Shown: positions 23,941-35,504 of the stretch, piece by piece
Layout of the letters: each line of letters begins with the position of its first letter
Numbering within the stretch: position 1 is the first letter of the stretch
NCBI RefSeq assembly: GCF_963576615.1
Contig: NC_088716.1
Location: 43,559,910-43,623,909 of the forward strand
DNA from: Watersipora subatra
Taxonomy: Eukaryota
Direction: 5' to 3'
Length of the DNA stretch: 64,000 nt
Translations under genes and position numbers: made by a program
Notes under the pieces: generated by a model
Told to the model about the DNA's origin: nothing
Seen by the model: the letters and a program-made list of their open reading frames with translations, nothing else
Database searches by the model: none

Positions 23941-24413
23941 AAAATTTATTTTTAACGTATTTTTATAAAAAAAGAAGACAACTTCAAAATACACTTATAA
24001 TTCTCCATTGAAACAAATTTAAATAAATAGCTTGCCTTACAACTGTATATTTAAAATAATAAGTTGGCACGCTAAACCTAAAATATTTACTATGCCGAGT
24101 GGCTACATTTGAACAGTCTCACAAGCACCCATTTACCATCAGAACCCTGACACGGGAATGTCTATGTGAGTGACGGTTATATTTGTCAGAAAGCAAACAG
24201 GCTAAACACTTGAGACAAAAATATTAAAACGTGTGCAGCAAGTGTAGCATGACAGTAAGATAAGTTTATGAAGCCTTGATAGGTCAGGATGGTAATTGGG
24301 AATGCTTACATGTAACAAATGGGCCAAAGGAAATGATATACGTATGAAATGCTAGTGGTGCATCTGTGAGAACCCAAAGATTATATTGAACTATTTAAAA
24401 GTCTATACATTGG

Positions 24414-25344
24414 TATACAGACGCTCCCCTACTTACGAACATTCGAGTTACGAACAACGGTACATACGAACAGGTCTGCGCGTACATCCGCCGCTAATAC
24501 CGACAGTATTACCGATGTATTAGCGGCGAAAAGAGGCACTACTCGGAAGCACCACCCAGCATCCACCTTCCGCTGCCCAGTTCGTTGCAGTGCATAAATG
24601 CATGAACGTATCTCCAGTGCGCAAAGAACTTTTTTTTTATATTGTACGTATTGTGAAGGAATTTGCTGGCCTTTACTTGGCCCGATCTAGACTAATAAAT
24701 AAAGAGAAGAGAGTGCGTGTAGTTTCATTCAGCTTTTTATTAGCGAAGGAAATTTCACTAGCTGAGAAGCGTGCGGCTATCTGCTCTGCTCAACTAAATG
24801 AGCGCGCTCCTTTATATACAATAATATCAACCGTTCCGGCTAACGGCAAACGGTAAGAACACCGGCTAACAAGGTGAATAAATAGGACCGCTAGCTCGTT
24901 AGTATGACAACAATATGAGTGACGATAAGTGATAGTGTTATGACAGGATATCAGATATAACAATAGCATAACGAGTGAAACAATGATATAATAAAAAGAC
25001 AACAAATACAAAAAAATAAGACAACAACGGTAAGTGATAGCATAATGATTAAAACAACGATATAATAAAAAGGACAACACATACAATAAATAAGAAATGC
25101 AGTGTCATGGCCCGGTGTCCACCAAAGTATTCTCTCCATTTTATTAAATATTTTTCAGTACAAACCAATACAGGTTACTTATACAAGCCTTAAACATACT
25201 TATATGAACCTTCAATATACTTATATAGGCCTTAAACATAAATTATAATACAAAATATAGCACTGAAGCAACTTACGAACGAACTCGCCTTACGAGCGAT
25301 CGTTCGGAACGTAACTCGTTCGTAGGTTGGGGAGCGTCTGTATA
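24414..25344. mobile_element. MITE family 4 (about 930 bp; 27-bp TIR TATACAGACGCTCCCC(T/A)AC(T/C)TACGAAC). It has subterminal ACGAAC repeats and internal hairpins.
   Basis: 5' TATACAGACGCTCCCCTACTTACGAAC and 3' GTTCGTAGGTTGGGGAGCGTCTGTATA. Internal palindrome CGCCGCTAATACCGACAGTATTACCGATGTATTAGCGGCG. Internal duplications of about 75 bp at 24900-25080. ATACATTG is present in both flanks. Confidence 0.75.
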
Positions 25345-26102
25345 CAACAACATATACATTGATATATCCAACATATATATTATTATACCCAACATATATT
25401 GACATGTCCTATATACAGTAGATGCTCTTACTGCGTAGATAATTTGTTCCGGGAATGTTTATGTTATAGGGATTTTATGTTATATGAACAGTAAAATATA
25501 TTTAAATTGCCTAATCCGCTCAAAGATCGCCTCTTTTGCCCTTAAAAAAATCGACATAACTTTTTAATTTAATGACCGTACAGTAGCTGTGGTATTATTG
25601 GTTTATATCGACAAGTTTTCTCTTCTTTTTTATTACTTTCACTCGGTTTAGAGTCCGGTTTAGGGATTACGGTAATTCTTTGACAAGGTAAAGAGAGTGC
25701 ATGCCTTCAACATCAATTTAAATTGATTTTTTTACTTTTTCAGACAGCAAGGTCTATTCTGCAAAGAAACAGTTATTGGAAATGTTGTATGTCTAAAATA
25801 GAGTAAAATAAAAATGTCTTTACTATAATAACAGCGGTGTCTGTCTGTCTGTCAATCTATCCGTCACCAGGGTTCAATGTTATGATAAAAAATAACTTTC
25901 AACGAGACATTCAGTTTGATAAACGGACACTCTGTGACACATGTATCAATCGACCACTTCAAAGGATTCCTGGATAATTATGCGGCTAATTTTTCTATGT
26001 TTTATAGGCACACTAGCTGCATTACCCGTCTACAGGAATAGATTCACGCGCAGCATAAGGTTTATTGAGATTTGTCTTTCATACTGTAAAACAACTCCAA
26101 AT

Positions 26103-26745
26103 ATGCAGTTACATCTCCCTCTCTCCATCTCTCCCTCTTTCCCCTCTCTCCCTCTCTCCCCTCTCTCTCTCCCTCCCTCTTTCTCTCCCTCTCTCTCTCC
26201 CTTCCCCCCTCTCCTCCTCGCTCTCCTTCTCTCTCTCCTTCTCTCCCTCTTTCCCCTCTCTCCCTCTCTCCGTCTCTCCCCTCTCTCTCTCCCTCCCTCT
26301 TCCCCCTCTCCCTCTCTCTCTCCCCCTCTCTCTCCCTCTTTCCGTCTCTCCCTTCTCTCTCTCTCTCTCCCCCCCTCTCCTCCTCGCTTTCCCTCTCTCT
26401 CTCCTTCTCTCCCTCTCTCCGTCTCTCTCCCTCTCTTCCCTCTCTCTCTCCCTCTTCTCCCTCTTTCTCTTCCTCTCTCTCCCTCTCTCTCTCCCCCCCC
26501 CCTCTCCTCCTCGCTCTCCCTCTCTCTCTCCTTCTCTCCGTCTCTCCCTCTCTCCCCTCTCTCTCCCTCCCTCCCTCTTCCCCCTCTCTCTCCCTCTTTC
26601 TCTCCCTCTCTCTCTCCCCCCTCTCCTCCTCGCTCTCTCTCCCCTTCTCTCCCTCCCCCCCTCTCTCTCTCCCCCCTCTCCTCCTCGCTCTCCCTCTCTC
26701 TCTCTCTCCCTTTCTCTCCCTCTCTCTCTCCCTTAGTTCAACGCG
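26103..26745. repeat. Polypyrimidine (CT-rich; CTCTCCCTCTC...) tract of about 640 bp
   Basis: Visible composition. The ORF-track ORFs 25941-26766 (both strands) are artefacts. Confidence 0.95.
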
Positions 26746-27519
26746 ACACATGCGGATAGACAACATTTTTGGTTTTTCTGTCGGGCGTATGAAGAAACAG
26801 TTTTTGGCGTGTGCCTACTTTTGAGCAGGCGACGTATAGCTGGTCATGGCTGATAGAGAACAGCGTTTTTCTACTGGTTGCAAAAAACAAATGTTCACAT
26901 GACCTTTCCGGTACACGTTGACAGTAAATATTAATTAGATGTAATTTACTACTCATTAATTTATTTAAAGAGTAGTAAATTTTATTTAATTCACTACTAA
27001 TATTTACTACTAATTTAATTTTACTACTTACTCATTTAATTAAGTTTGCTTCGTACGATCGAATCTGTTACAATCTTGCCACAATCAATACTCATAGAGG
27101 ATCTATTCTTCAGCCCTGAACCCTTGTATATAGTACATATCAATCAATTTATCTTTGTATAAGCTATCCTGCATTACTTATTTGAAGTCATCCTCTCATG
27201 TAAATTTTCTTTTAACTTTTACACAAATAATCTCAAACTAAATATGAATTGTTCACTACTATCTTGCATTCAGGATTCTTCTACAGTTTCCGTTCTATTG
27301 GATAATATGCCTGCAAATAGAGGCTTTTTGTTATTTTGTTATCAGCAAAATAAAACATTACTAACTAACGATCGAAAAAAAGACCGCCATATAATTTATT
27401 TATATTGCTCATATTTGGGAGTTATCGGTGACTCAATATATCGAGAAGACAACTCGTACTATTAGCATGTCAGTATTTATCGTCTATCCCTACGATGAAT
27501 AGCGGGTTACGTATTATAA

Positions 27520-27634
27520 TAGAGGCGTGTACTAACCGGAGATTCCCGTTAATGTGCCCTAGCAGTGAAAAAAACCACAGAATAGACACGCCCTTATATA
27601 AAAGTAGCGGCTAATAGTCGGAAAAGTACGGTAC
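27520..27634. mobile_element. MITE family 2, truncated copy (internal TAGCAGTGAAA block plus 3' TIR GCTAATAGTCGGAAAAGTACGGTAC)
   Basis: Sequence similarity to 5100-5125 and 5345-5390. Confidence 0.55.
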
Positions 27635-27639
27635 TCTAT

Positions 27640-27700
27640 AAAGCGGACAGACAGATAGACAGATAGATAGACAGATAGTTAGACAGACAGACAACGATTG
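27640..27700. repeat. (AGAC/AGAT)n microsatellite; mirror (GTCT)n at 25835-25860
   Basis: CGGACAGACAGATAGACAGATAGATAGACAGATAGTTAGACAGACAGAC. Confidence 0.85.
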
Positions 27701-28110
27701 CCGTTTATATAGTAGATCTGACAATTTCTCATGACACACTAGGCTACTAGGGTACCAATATGTATACTGTAATAGAGACAACGATACACTTGGTTTCCTC
27801 TTCCAACTGCAGCTAGAAAAGGATATTCTTAAAGCTAAATATCGGACTCTCGTTATTCGAATCGAATTTGAGAAATTTCACCGACTTGACGATTTACATT
27901 ATATAAAAATTATTATGTAATACAAAGCAAAAATCTTACAAAAATTCTTCACATTAAGTAGAATTTACTTTGTATGAGATTTTGTTATAGGAACGTCTAC
28001 TGTATACATGTATATACATAGTCATATGCGATGTACACACTGGCCTATCTAACATAATATGTTGGATATATATTATATATTAGCAGACTGAAACTAAGCG
28101 TAATACTCAC

Positions 28111-28335
28111 AGGCCTTTCCTTGTCCTGCACCATGAGGTAGGCACCGTGCCCCTCACTCACTGCTTGTCTATATTCCTTTTGCGCCTTCTCTTTTTCCTT
28201 CACCTCTCCCACAATGTGTTTATTATTTATAAAAGCCTCAAATCCACAGACGGCTGCCATCTCAGTTAGCGGAAATACAAATTTAGCTTCAATGGCATCA
28301 GGGCTCTCATTCCGGTAGCGCTGAAGCACCACTAC
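28111..28335 (-). CDS. PARP4: PARP4-like exon: VIT domain, N-terminal part
   Basis: Acceptor aatatttag| and donor |gtgagt. Translation VVVLQRYRNESPDAIEAKFVFPLTEMAAVCGFEAFINNKHIVGEVKEKEKAQKEYRQAVSEGHGAYLMVQDKERP is near-identical in pattern to PARP4 VPIEAKYIFPLDDKAAVCGFEAFINGKHIVGEIKEKEEAQQEY..AV.QGHGAYLM.QD. Confidence 0.9.
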
Positions 28336-28484
28336 CTAAATATTGTAATAAGTTAACTTCAGACATGATCTTGTTACACAAATTCCCAAACATATACACG
28401 TATAAGCCAGTGCAATAATAAAAAAGCCGCAGAGAAAAGAGCATTATTATTGATACAAATAAATACAAACTGAAGCTGACTTAC

Positions 28485-28609
28485 CTCTGCAGCCGTATCT
28501 ACCAGTTTAGCTCCTACTTGCAGCTCGGATAGAGGGATGGGCACCTGGTTGTCCCCTTCCACTTGAAGTCCAGGAAGCACATCAGCCAACTTAATATCGC
28601 TGACATCAT
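28485..28609 (-). CDS. PARP4: PARP4-like exon (pre-VIT linker)
   Basis: Acceptor tcctcattcag| and donor GAG|gtaagt. Translation (D)DVSDIKLADVLPGLQVEGDNQVPIPLSELQVGAKLVDTAAE resembles PARP4 AGLQDASGNLVPLEDVHIKGRIIDTVAQ. The ATG at 28643 lies in an upstream region with an in-frame stop, so it is not taken as exonic. Confidence 0.65.
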
Positions 28610-30178
28610 CTGAATGAGGATGGTACAACATTATGTCATTCATAGTACCATTACAACTAAAGGGTTATCTGTCAGATGACTTAGTCTCAATGCGTTTATA
28701 GATACAATAAGAAAATTCAAAAAATTATGAAGCATCAGAGAAGAGACAACTCCATTAATAAACCACAGAATGCGTAGGAAGGTTGGCCGGCTTTAATAGG
28801 AACTAAATAATTCTAGTAGGGAAAAATCTGGCAGACTTGCGGATGAAAAGTTCTACATTTCACGAGTTTTAATATTTCAATGTGAACATGCTTACAATTA
28901 ATCAGTGTCTATCATTTTCTCCTTTTTATGAAAGTAAGTCTGTGTTCTTGTAAGCCTGTGTTCCATGTCTTACATTATTGAATGGTTAACAGGGACATGG
29001 TGACTATGTCATGTGATACTGATCCAAAATAACTTTTATTTATTGCATATGTAAGATTTTTCCTTTCAACAGTCAACCAACTTAGCTGTTCAACCAATTC
29101 TCCATGTTTGTTACACCGGACATTATTGTTGAGACGCATTGCTAAGGAAAACTTTATTCGACTTGGTAACGTATGGCTTACATTTTATGAATGAAGATTT
29201 AGAAAAAACTGTGCATACAAACTAGTACATTCACGCTCACAAAGTTTGAAGAGTCAATGACCACGCAAGAAGCAATGCCACAGAAAAGTTGACCCAATTG
29301 AACAAGTCACACAACGTCATTCAATGATTATGCTTATTCCAACAGCTGCCTCATAGGGTGTTCCCTGCGTTGCATTACATTTAGGCTTAAAATCTGATAG
29401 TCACGCCTTAGGCAGCTTTGAAGTCGTCCCTTCAGCCTGCAGAGGTGATGATTCAAAGTGTTGTCTACAGTGAATGCAACTGACTTAGAAATAGAGCCAA
29501 GCCTCTGCTCTAGAGTCAAGCTACTACACGTACATAAATTTCGAGATTTGAAATGACTTGAAATTTCACTCCTCCCAAACTCATTTCCTCACTCTTCCCA
29601 CATCTATCTTCCTCTACTACACCACCACACATACTCCTACAGTTTATTTAATATGATCTTGCAACTACAGTTTATTTAATATGATCTTGCAACTACAGTT
29701 TTCTGTCTGCTTACTAGTTGAATGCGTATCTAGTAGTTACTACTATAGACATGGGAAGAGTGAGAAAATAAGCCACATATTGATCACCTTATTTAATATC
29801 CTAGGCTAAGCAATGGTCATAATGTACAAACAGGGAATTGTTCCCTCATCCAAAAATTTAGGACGAGTACACAACTCCTTGTTTAGACTTGAAAAAATTT
29901 TTAGGAAAGTTTTTTTTACTTCTTTTTGACAGAGTGATTGTACCTTAACATTATACATTGATCTTTTTAAACCAAAAGTCATCCCTGCAGTTTAATAATC
30001 CCATATACATCTAAAGTCCGGCAAATAAATCATTTCTATAAACCACACTACAGAACAAGAACCAAAACAGTATTAAATGTTTGTCTACCCGCAAAACAGC
30101 ATTATTGACTCTTTTACGTACATATATATATATATATGTATTGAGACATTTATCTACCAAACCTGTCAATTCACTGAC

Positions 30179-30353
30179 CTATAATAGCCTGAGTAGCTGT
30201 CTTGTCATCTTCCCATGGTCGGCTATCTTCAATGTTTTCAAATGAGCTGTCAGTTAGAGCTTTTACACCAGCCTCTCTGTCCGCTCTAGTTGTATAGCGT
30301 ATGACATATCTCAGCGCCTGTTGCTTTGTACTGTACACGCAGTACTCATTGCT
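30179..30353 (-). CDS. PARP4: PARP4-like exon: C-terminal strands of the PARP domain
   Basis: Acceptor ttttctacag| and donor G|gtcagt. Translation SNEYCVYSTKQQALRYVIRYTTRADREAGVKALTDSSFENIEDSRPWEDDKTATQAII resembles PARP4 EDDEFVVYKTNQVKMKYIIKF. Confidence 0.7.
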
Positions 30354-30854
30354 CTGTAGAAAACATTGTTCAAATGGTTACTATCTGTTACATTGATCTA
30401 TTCAATTACATAAAAAACAGCAAAACTTCTCCGTGCTCAACAAGAAATAACCCCCGTTTTCAATCATCTCAGAATTCAAACAAGTATTGGTTAAAACGAA
30501 GTCTCACGACCTGTTTTTCTTCAGATGCTGAATAAAAATTTGGAACACAAACATTAAGCCTAGAAAATCTGACGATGCAGCTTAAATAGCAACTGACTCT
30601 CTCTCTCTCATCAGCCTTTGTATTCAACCTTTGTATGCAGAGTGTTCATTGTGATTTGCAAAATATGGAGTACATTTTGTGTTTTGCATAGTGTACTATT
30701 GCATTACGGCTTTCTATATTTGATTAGAATTTAACACCCAAACTATTTCTACCTTATCCATTGATACTAGCTGCTACATATATGGGAATATACTCAATAG
30801 CCTACTTGGGGAACGTATTTATACTCTATTTATGCTATATGCAGTATAAACACT

Positions 30855-30895
30855 CTATCTATAGAGTATAAATTTATACTCTATAGATAGAGTAT
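30855..30895. repeat. Perfect 19-bp-arm palindrome (CTCTATCTATAGAGTATAAAT|TTATACTCTATAGATAGAG)
   Basis: Visible perfect inverted repeat with no loop. Confidence 0.85.
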
Positions 30896-31194
30896 AAATA
30901 CTCTATATCTAGTACTTATACTCGATATCCGGTATTTTTAAGAAATTCAGTGTGCTGAATGTGTGTTACTGGACCTCTTGACATACACTTCATGGTGTAA
31001 AACAATTTGAAATTGCTCTTCATCAAATATTACTTATACAAGTTCAAGTCTGTTCAAATCAATCTTGTATTTTAACCTCTACCCCTGACACATGAACAAA
31101 CAGACAGACACCACTCTTATTACAGTGAAGATTATTTGTAAGAGGAAAAAACATTTCGGAATTCAAACAATTTTCTTTCTGAACACTTTTTGGA

Positions 31195-31440
31195 ACAGAT
31201 TGTGGTCAGAAGCTAAGGCTAACCTAGATGGTGTTGATAGAGCTAGTGTGTTCTGCACTATCTATACCAACTGATGTTGATAGAGTTAGAATGTTCTGCA
31301 CTATCTATACCAACTCATGTCAATATGGTTAGTGGGTTCTGCACTATCTATACCAACTGATGTTGATAGAGTTAGAATGTTCTGCACTATCTATACCAAC
31401 TCATGTCAATATGGTTAGTGGGTTCTGCACTATCTATACC
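31195..31440. repeat. Tandem repeat of about 43 bp, about 6 copies, abutting MITE3 copy II
   Basis: Repeated (T)TCTGCACTATCTATACCAACT(G/C)ATGT(T/C)(G/A)ATA... units. Confidence 0.8.
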
Positions 31441-31455
31441 AACTCATTTACTAAG

Positions 31456-32402
31456 TACAGTCAAACATGGATAACTCGCCCTCGGATAGCTCGAACACAT
31501 GGTTAACTCGAACGGTTTCTTTGGTCCGTTCCCACGTAATGATAAATTGCTTTAGATAACTCGACCTCAACTCTGTTAATTCGAACAGTTTTTTGCCCAA
31601 TGGCTACCGAGACGGTTCTTTATCGCTTTAGAAAATCACTTTATTCCAAGCCATAGAGGTAAACCTCAACTTTTCGTAATTCATAGGCGTCGTTATTACC
31701 ACCCTCAGCAAAGTAATTTTTGTCAACGACTTTTCTTAAGGTTTGGCGAAATTTGATTTTTACCAAACATCCGCTTAGGAATCGCTCTTCGGAAGCAAGG
31801 AAAAGTGAGGTAATCTTTGCATAAACTTCAAGAAAAATCGGCAAAATTGATCGTGGGTAAAACGCTCAAAAGAAAAAGATGTCTTTTCTTTTGAGCATTT
31901 CAACAACGATCAAGTTTTGCCAATGTCAATCTAAAAAACGTCCTGGCAATAACATCACCTTAAACAACAAACCAATCTCAAGTGATAGAAAAATCTCTAT
32001 ACTTTTTGATAAAAACGTTTTATCAAAAAGATAGTGGGTAAAACGCTCAAAAGAAAAAGATGTCTTTTCTTTTGAGCATTTCAACAACGATCAAGTTTTG
32101 CCAATTTTAATCTAAAAAATGTCCTGGCAATAACATCACCTCGAACAACAAACCAATCTCAAGTGATAGAAAAATCTCTATAGTTTTTGATAAAAAGTTT
32201 TAAACTTTACATTAGAAGCATTTAATTTGAAACAAGACATTTATGCTTTTGATTTATATTATAGTTTGTATATGTACATGTATCTACTAATAAATAAATA
32301 AATACATGGACTTGTGACAGTGCTCTGATAACTTGAACGCTCTAATAACTCGAACACTTTCGCTCGGTCCCGTGAAGTTCAAGTTATCCATGTTTGACTG
32401 TA
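31456..32402 (+). mobile_element. MITE family 3, copy II, with an internal tandem duplication of about 180 bp (31850-32030 and 32030-32200)
   Basis: 5' TACAGTCAAACATGGATAACTCGCCCTCGG and 3' ...CCATGTTTGACTGTA. Colinear with copy I. Confidence 0.8.
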
Positions 32403-32994
32403 TCTCACTTGTTACCTCTTTAGCTATGAAAAGCCATTATAACAGCTCACCTTAGAACTTAAAATAAAACTCAATATTATATAAAAAAAAACATAAAGTA
32501 TATAAAACCATTTATAAGAGCCTAAAAGCATAATATCAGCAGGTCATAACGCAGCCTTAATATATAAAAACGTTGATCCCGAATCACAGATCTAACATAT
32601 CCACCTAGGATTTTGCCACAATAAAGATATGTGTATTGTGTTATCATTTTGTCCAAAAAAACCAGTGTCCTTTGTACTCAGAATGCACAACAAAATATGC
32701 CAGTTTCCAAAACTCTTTTTTCGGTTTAGAATGGTTGAAAAGAAAAATTGTAAACAGCTTTCTGCTTTTCGTATTTTTGCTAGTGAAATTCATCAACAAT
32801 GGGCCTCAAATGTTTTTGATAGCTATATTTCTATATCAGAGAATGGTGGTCTGTTTTGGCCAATGTGTGAGAATGAAAGCATTTTTCTTTTTCACCCAAT
32901 TTCACTAAACTAAAAGAAATACTAAACATGGCTTTTGTTTGTCAGATGCATTGAGGCTTGTAAAGAATTATCTGCTGATTTTAAAAAGCTTTAG

Positions 32995-33360
32995 GATCAC
33001 ATGTGTCAAACTCACGGCCCCCAGGCCACATCCAGTCCACCTTGTAATCATATCTAGCCCGCAAGATCCTTTTACATTATTGTTATTCTGGGCCCGTCGA
33101 TATGAATCACTGATAATATAATCCTGCACAGATACTAAGGATCCTATAATTCAATGATTAAGCTGCCTTGCCACGCACTTCTCGCATCCATTAAACCTGA
33201 AGTTTGTGTCTGAATGATATTCCTGTCTGTTTTTATCCATATTTATGTTCCAACAACTTTTGTTTCAGTGTGTTAAATAAATGTTTATCCTGTTCGGCCC
33301 GCGACCTAGATTGTGTTTTGAATTTTGGTCCCTTGTACAATTGAGTTTGACATCACTGCT
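32995..33360. mobile_element. MITE family 5 (about 365 bp). Its termini are ATGTGTCAAACTCA... / ...TGAGTTTGACATC and it carries GGCCC(C)CAGGCCACATCCAG motifs.
   Basis: Terminal inverted repeat GTCAAACTCA at 33012 and 33343. A related motif (GGCAAACTGCAGCCCGTAGGCCAGACCCAGCCC) occurs at 15795-15850. Confidence 0.5.
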
Positions 33361-33566
33361 TTAGATTAAAGCTCTACGACAGAAACTTCAGCTTTTACAG
33401 CAAAAATGCCGAGTGTATGTCAACCAAAGATTTTTCAGCATGAATTAATTCGACCAAAATGAACCATAATGGAAGTGTTACCCAATTGATAAAAAATCAT
33501 CAGCTCACAGAATGCTATAATAAAATCAATGGACTCAGCAACTACATGACAACGTATGACAGGTAC

Positions 33567-33741
33567 CTTAAAGTCGCCGGACCTGCTACCTCCTTCAGCC
33601 ATAACGCTGTCATATCCGGTGGGAGGCTCAACCAGACCGGGCATTTTAGCCGTGGTTGTGAAGCAACTACCTGTTACCACTTCGCATACAAGCATCAGCC
33701 GCGAATTATCTGAGGAGCAACTAGAGAACCTGTGGCTGGTT
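33567..33741 (-). CDS. PARP4: PARP4-like exon: PARP catalytic core (catalytic Glu)
   Basis: Acceptor tctcttgtag| and donor AAG|gtacct. Translation (R)TSHRFSSCSSDNSRLMLVCEVVTGSCFTTTAKMPGLVEPPTGYDSVMAEGGSRSGDFK matches PARP4 ...TRLLLIC[E/D]VALG...APPGYDSVHGV...TTDF. Confidence 0.85.
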
Positions 33742-34544
33742 CTACAAGAGAAAACCAACAAGACTCCACAAGAACATTAAACATTCCAAAATATTATTGA
33801 TACAAGATATCACAAGGTACTTGTAGATATATTGTACATATACACAATATAGATTAGATATATGTACAATATATCTATACTGTATATGTATACATATCTA
33901 CAATATAGATTGTACATATTGTATACACATACAGTATATATAGCACATATCTTGTAAGATACTACAAGATATTACACTGGTAGTGAAATTAGCTTCACAA
34001 CCAATAAAAGCATGCCTATACAATGACAGCATGTGCTTTCTTCAATTTTGCAGTTTTAGAAAAATTATTGATTTTTTAAAAATTGATAGTTGCGAAGGTT
34101 ATTAAAATTCATCAGAGTTTACTTGTAACCACAAAAGTGACCGTCACCTTCAACTGATCTATTGTGACTAATTCTCAAACTACTTATTATGTCATTTTAT
34201 AATTCTCGTTATTCGTCATTGTTGAAAACTTTCTTGCTGCCCAAGGTAAAAAGCACCACAAGAATTTGATGTTTTTCAACAGAAACCATAAAAATGCATA
34301 AAAATGATCACACCTAGAATTCTAAGCAACTTTTACAGGACAAGCAATGACTGAAACAAACAAGAAAAATCACAAAAGCAAAACAATGCCATCTATCAAC
34401 CATATGCACAGCTATTATCACAACATCAATACTGTGAAAATATCATGAAAAGCAATTCCCAAATAATTAAAGAACGATATCTAAAATAACCTTACATTAA
34501 TTATTTTCACGTTAGCAACTGGTATGCAAATTTTAAAATATTAC

Positions 34545-34643
34545 CGAAAATCATCGGCAAAGTAGATTCCATTTCCAAGATCTCCCGCATCCGTTCTTTT
34601 TCCTCCGAAATCTTCCACGACATGCTTAGGAAGAAGAAGACCT
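34545..34643 (-). CDS. PARP4: PARP4-like exon: PARP catalytic core (nicotinamide-stacking Tyr, GIYFAD)
   Basis: Translation GLLLPKHVVEDFGGKRTDAGDLGNGIYFADDF matches PARP4 GLLLPKVVEDRGVQRTDVGNLGSGIYFSDS. Donor CG|gtaata. Phase 2 at both ends, consistent with its neighbours. Confidence 0.8.
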
Positions 34644-34689
34644 CTACAGAATTCAGTTCAAACTAATAAATAATCTAGACTATTCTAGT

Positions 34690-35215
34690 CTACGATAAGC
34701 AAAATCAAGTGTTTGTAGTCTAGGTTAGACTAGCCTAGGTTAGACTAGCTCTGTATCTTTATCACAACTTCTACCTGCATGAATACTAGTCTAGGTTAGA
34801 CAAGTCTAGGTTAGACTAGCTCCGTATCTCTATCACAACTTCTACCTGCATGAATACAAGTCTAGGTTAGACTAGCTCCGTATCTCTATCACAACTTCTA
34901 CCTGCATGAATACAAGTCTAGGTTAGACTAGCTCCGTATCTCTATCACAACTTCTACCTGCATGAATACTAGTCTAGGTTAGACTAGTCTAGGTTAGACT
35001 AGCTCCATATCTCTATCACAATTTCTACCTGCATGAATACAAGTCTAGGTTAGACTAGCTCCGTATCTCTATCACAACTTCTACCGGCATGAATACAAGT
35101 CTAGGTTAGACTAGCTCCATATCTCTATCACAACTTCTACCTGCATGAATACTAGTCTAGGTTAGACTAGCTCCGTATCTCTATCACAACTTCTACCTGT
35201 ATGAATACAACATCT
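34690..35215. repeat. 60-bp tandem repeat, about 9 copies (TAGTCTAGGTTAGACTAGCTCCGTATCTCTATCACAACTTCTACCTGCATGAATACAAG)
   Basis: Direct repetition with occasional unit doubling. It lies in the intron between the exons at 34545-34643 and 36541-36672. Confidence 0.95.
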
Positions 35216-35504
35216 TTTTCCTGCTGGGACCATAGCTCAATTCTCATGTCTTCGGTGTAAAGACAGTGACCAAAAAAAACCTTTTTATTGATTACTACTT
35301 CATGAATTTAGTGTCTTATGTATAATTTAGTTTTTAGTTAATTTTATCTAAAGCATTTGCATTAATGTTATAAGTCATTATTTTGAAGTATTTATCGTTA
35401 GGTTTTTTGGCTGTGTAACGAATTAAACCGAGTATAATGTATTCTTCTAAAAGCATTTGCTTCAACGTATGAACTGTGACAAAAATATCTCGGAGTGGGT
35501 TAGC

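Noticed and set aside
25941-26766. Three 220-270 aa ORFs rich in Pro/Ser/Leu or Glu/Arg/Gly
   Set aside because: They are translations of the 640-bp CT/GA low-complexity tract.
28485-28656. ATG at 28643 (ORF-track M of MNDIMLYHPHSDD...) as the translation start of a VWA5A/ITIH-like gene
   Set aside because: An in-frame TAA lies 8 codons upstream. The reading frame joins the upstream PARP-domain exon through an acceptor at 28609/28610. The domain order identifies PARP4, not a standalone VIT-VWA gene.
33435-33566. Continuation of ORF 33435-33761 past GDFK (KVPVIRCHVV...ELMIFYQLGNTSIMVHFGRINSC*) as an alternative PARP C-terminus
   Set aside because: There is a good donor (AAG|GTACCT) at 33567. 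The true C-terminal strands (SNEYCVYSTKQQALRYVIRY) are encoded by the exon at 30179-30353 in matching phase.
35216-35263. Putative short exon ELSYGPSRKKMLYSY joining to GLLLPK, which would have implied loss of the catalytic His
   Set aside because: An in-frame stop lies just upstream, and the acceptors are poor. The exon at 36541-36672 gives a much better alignment (LLYHSSS...GILS-R-GLLLPK) with His retained.
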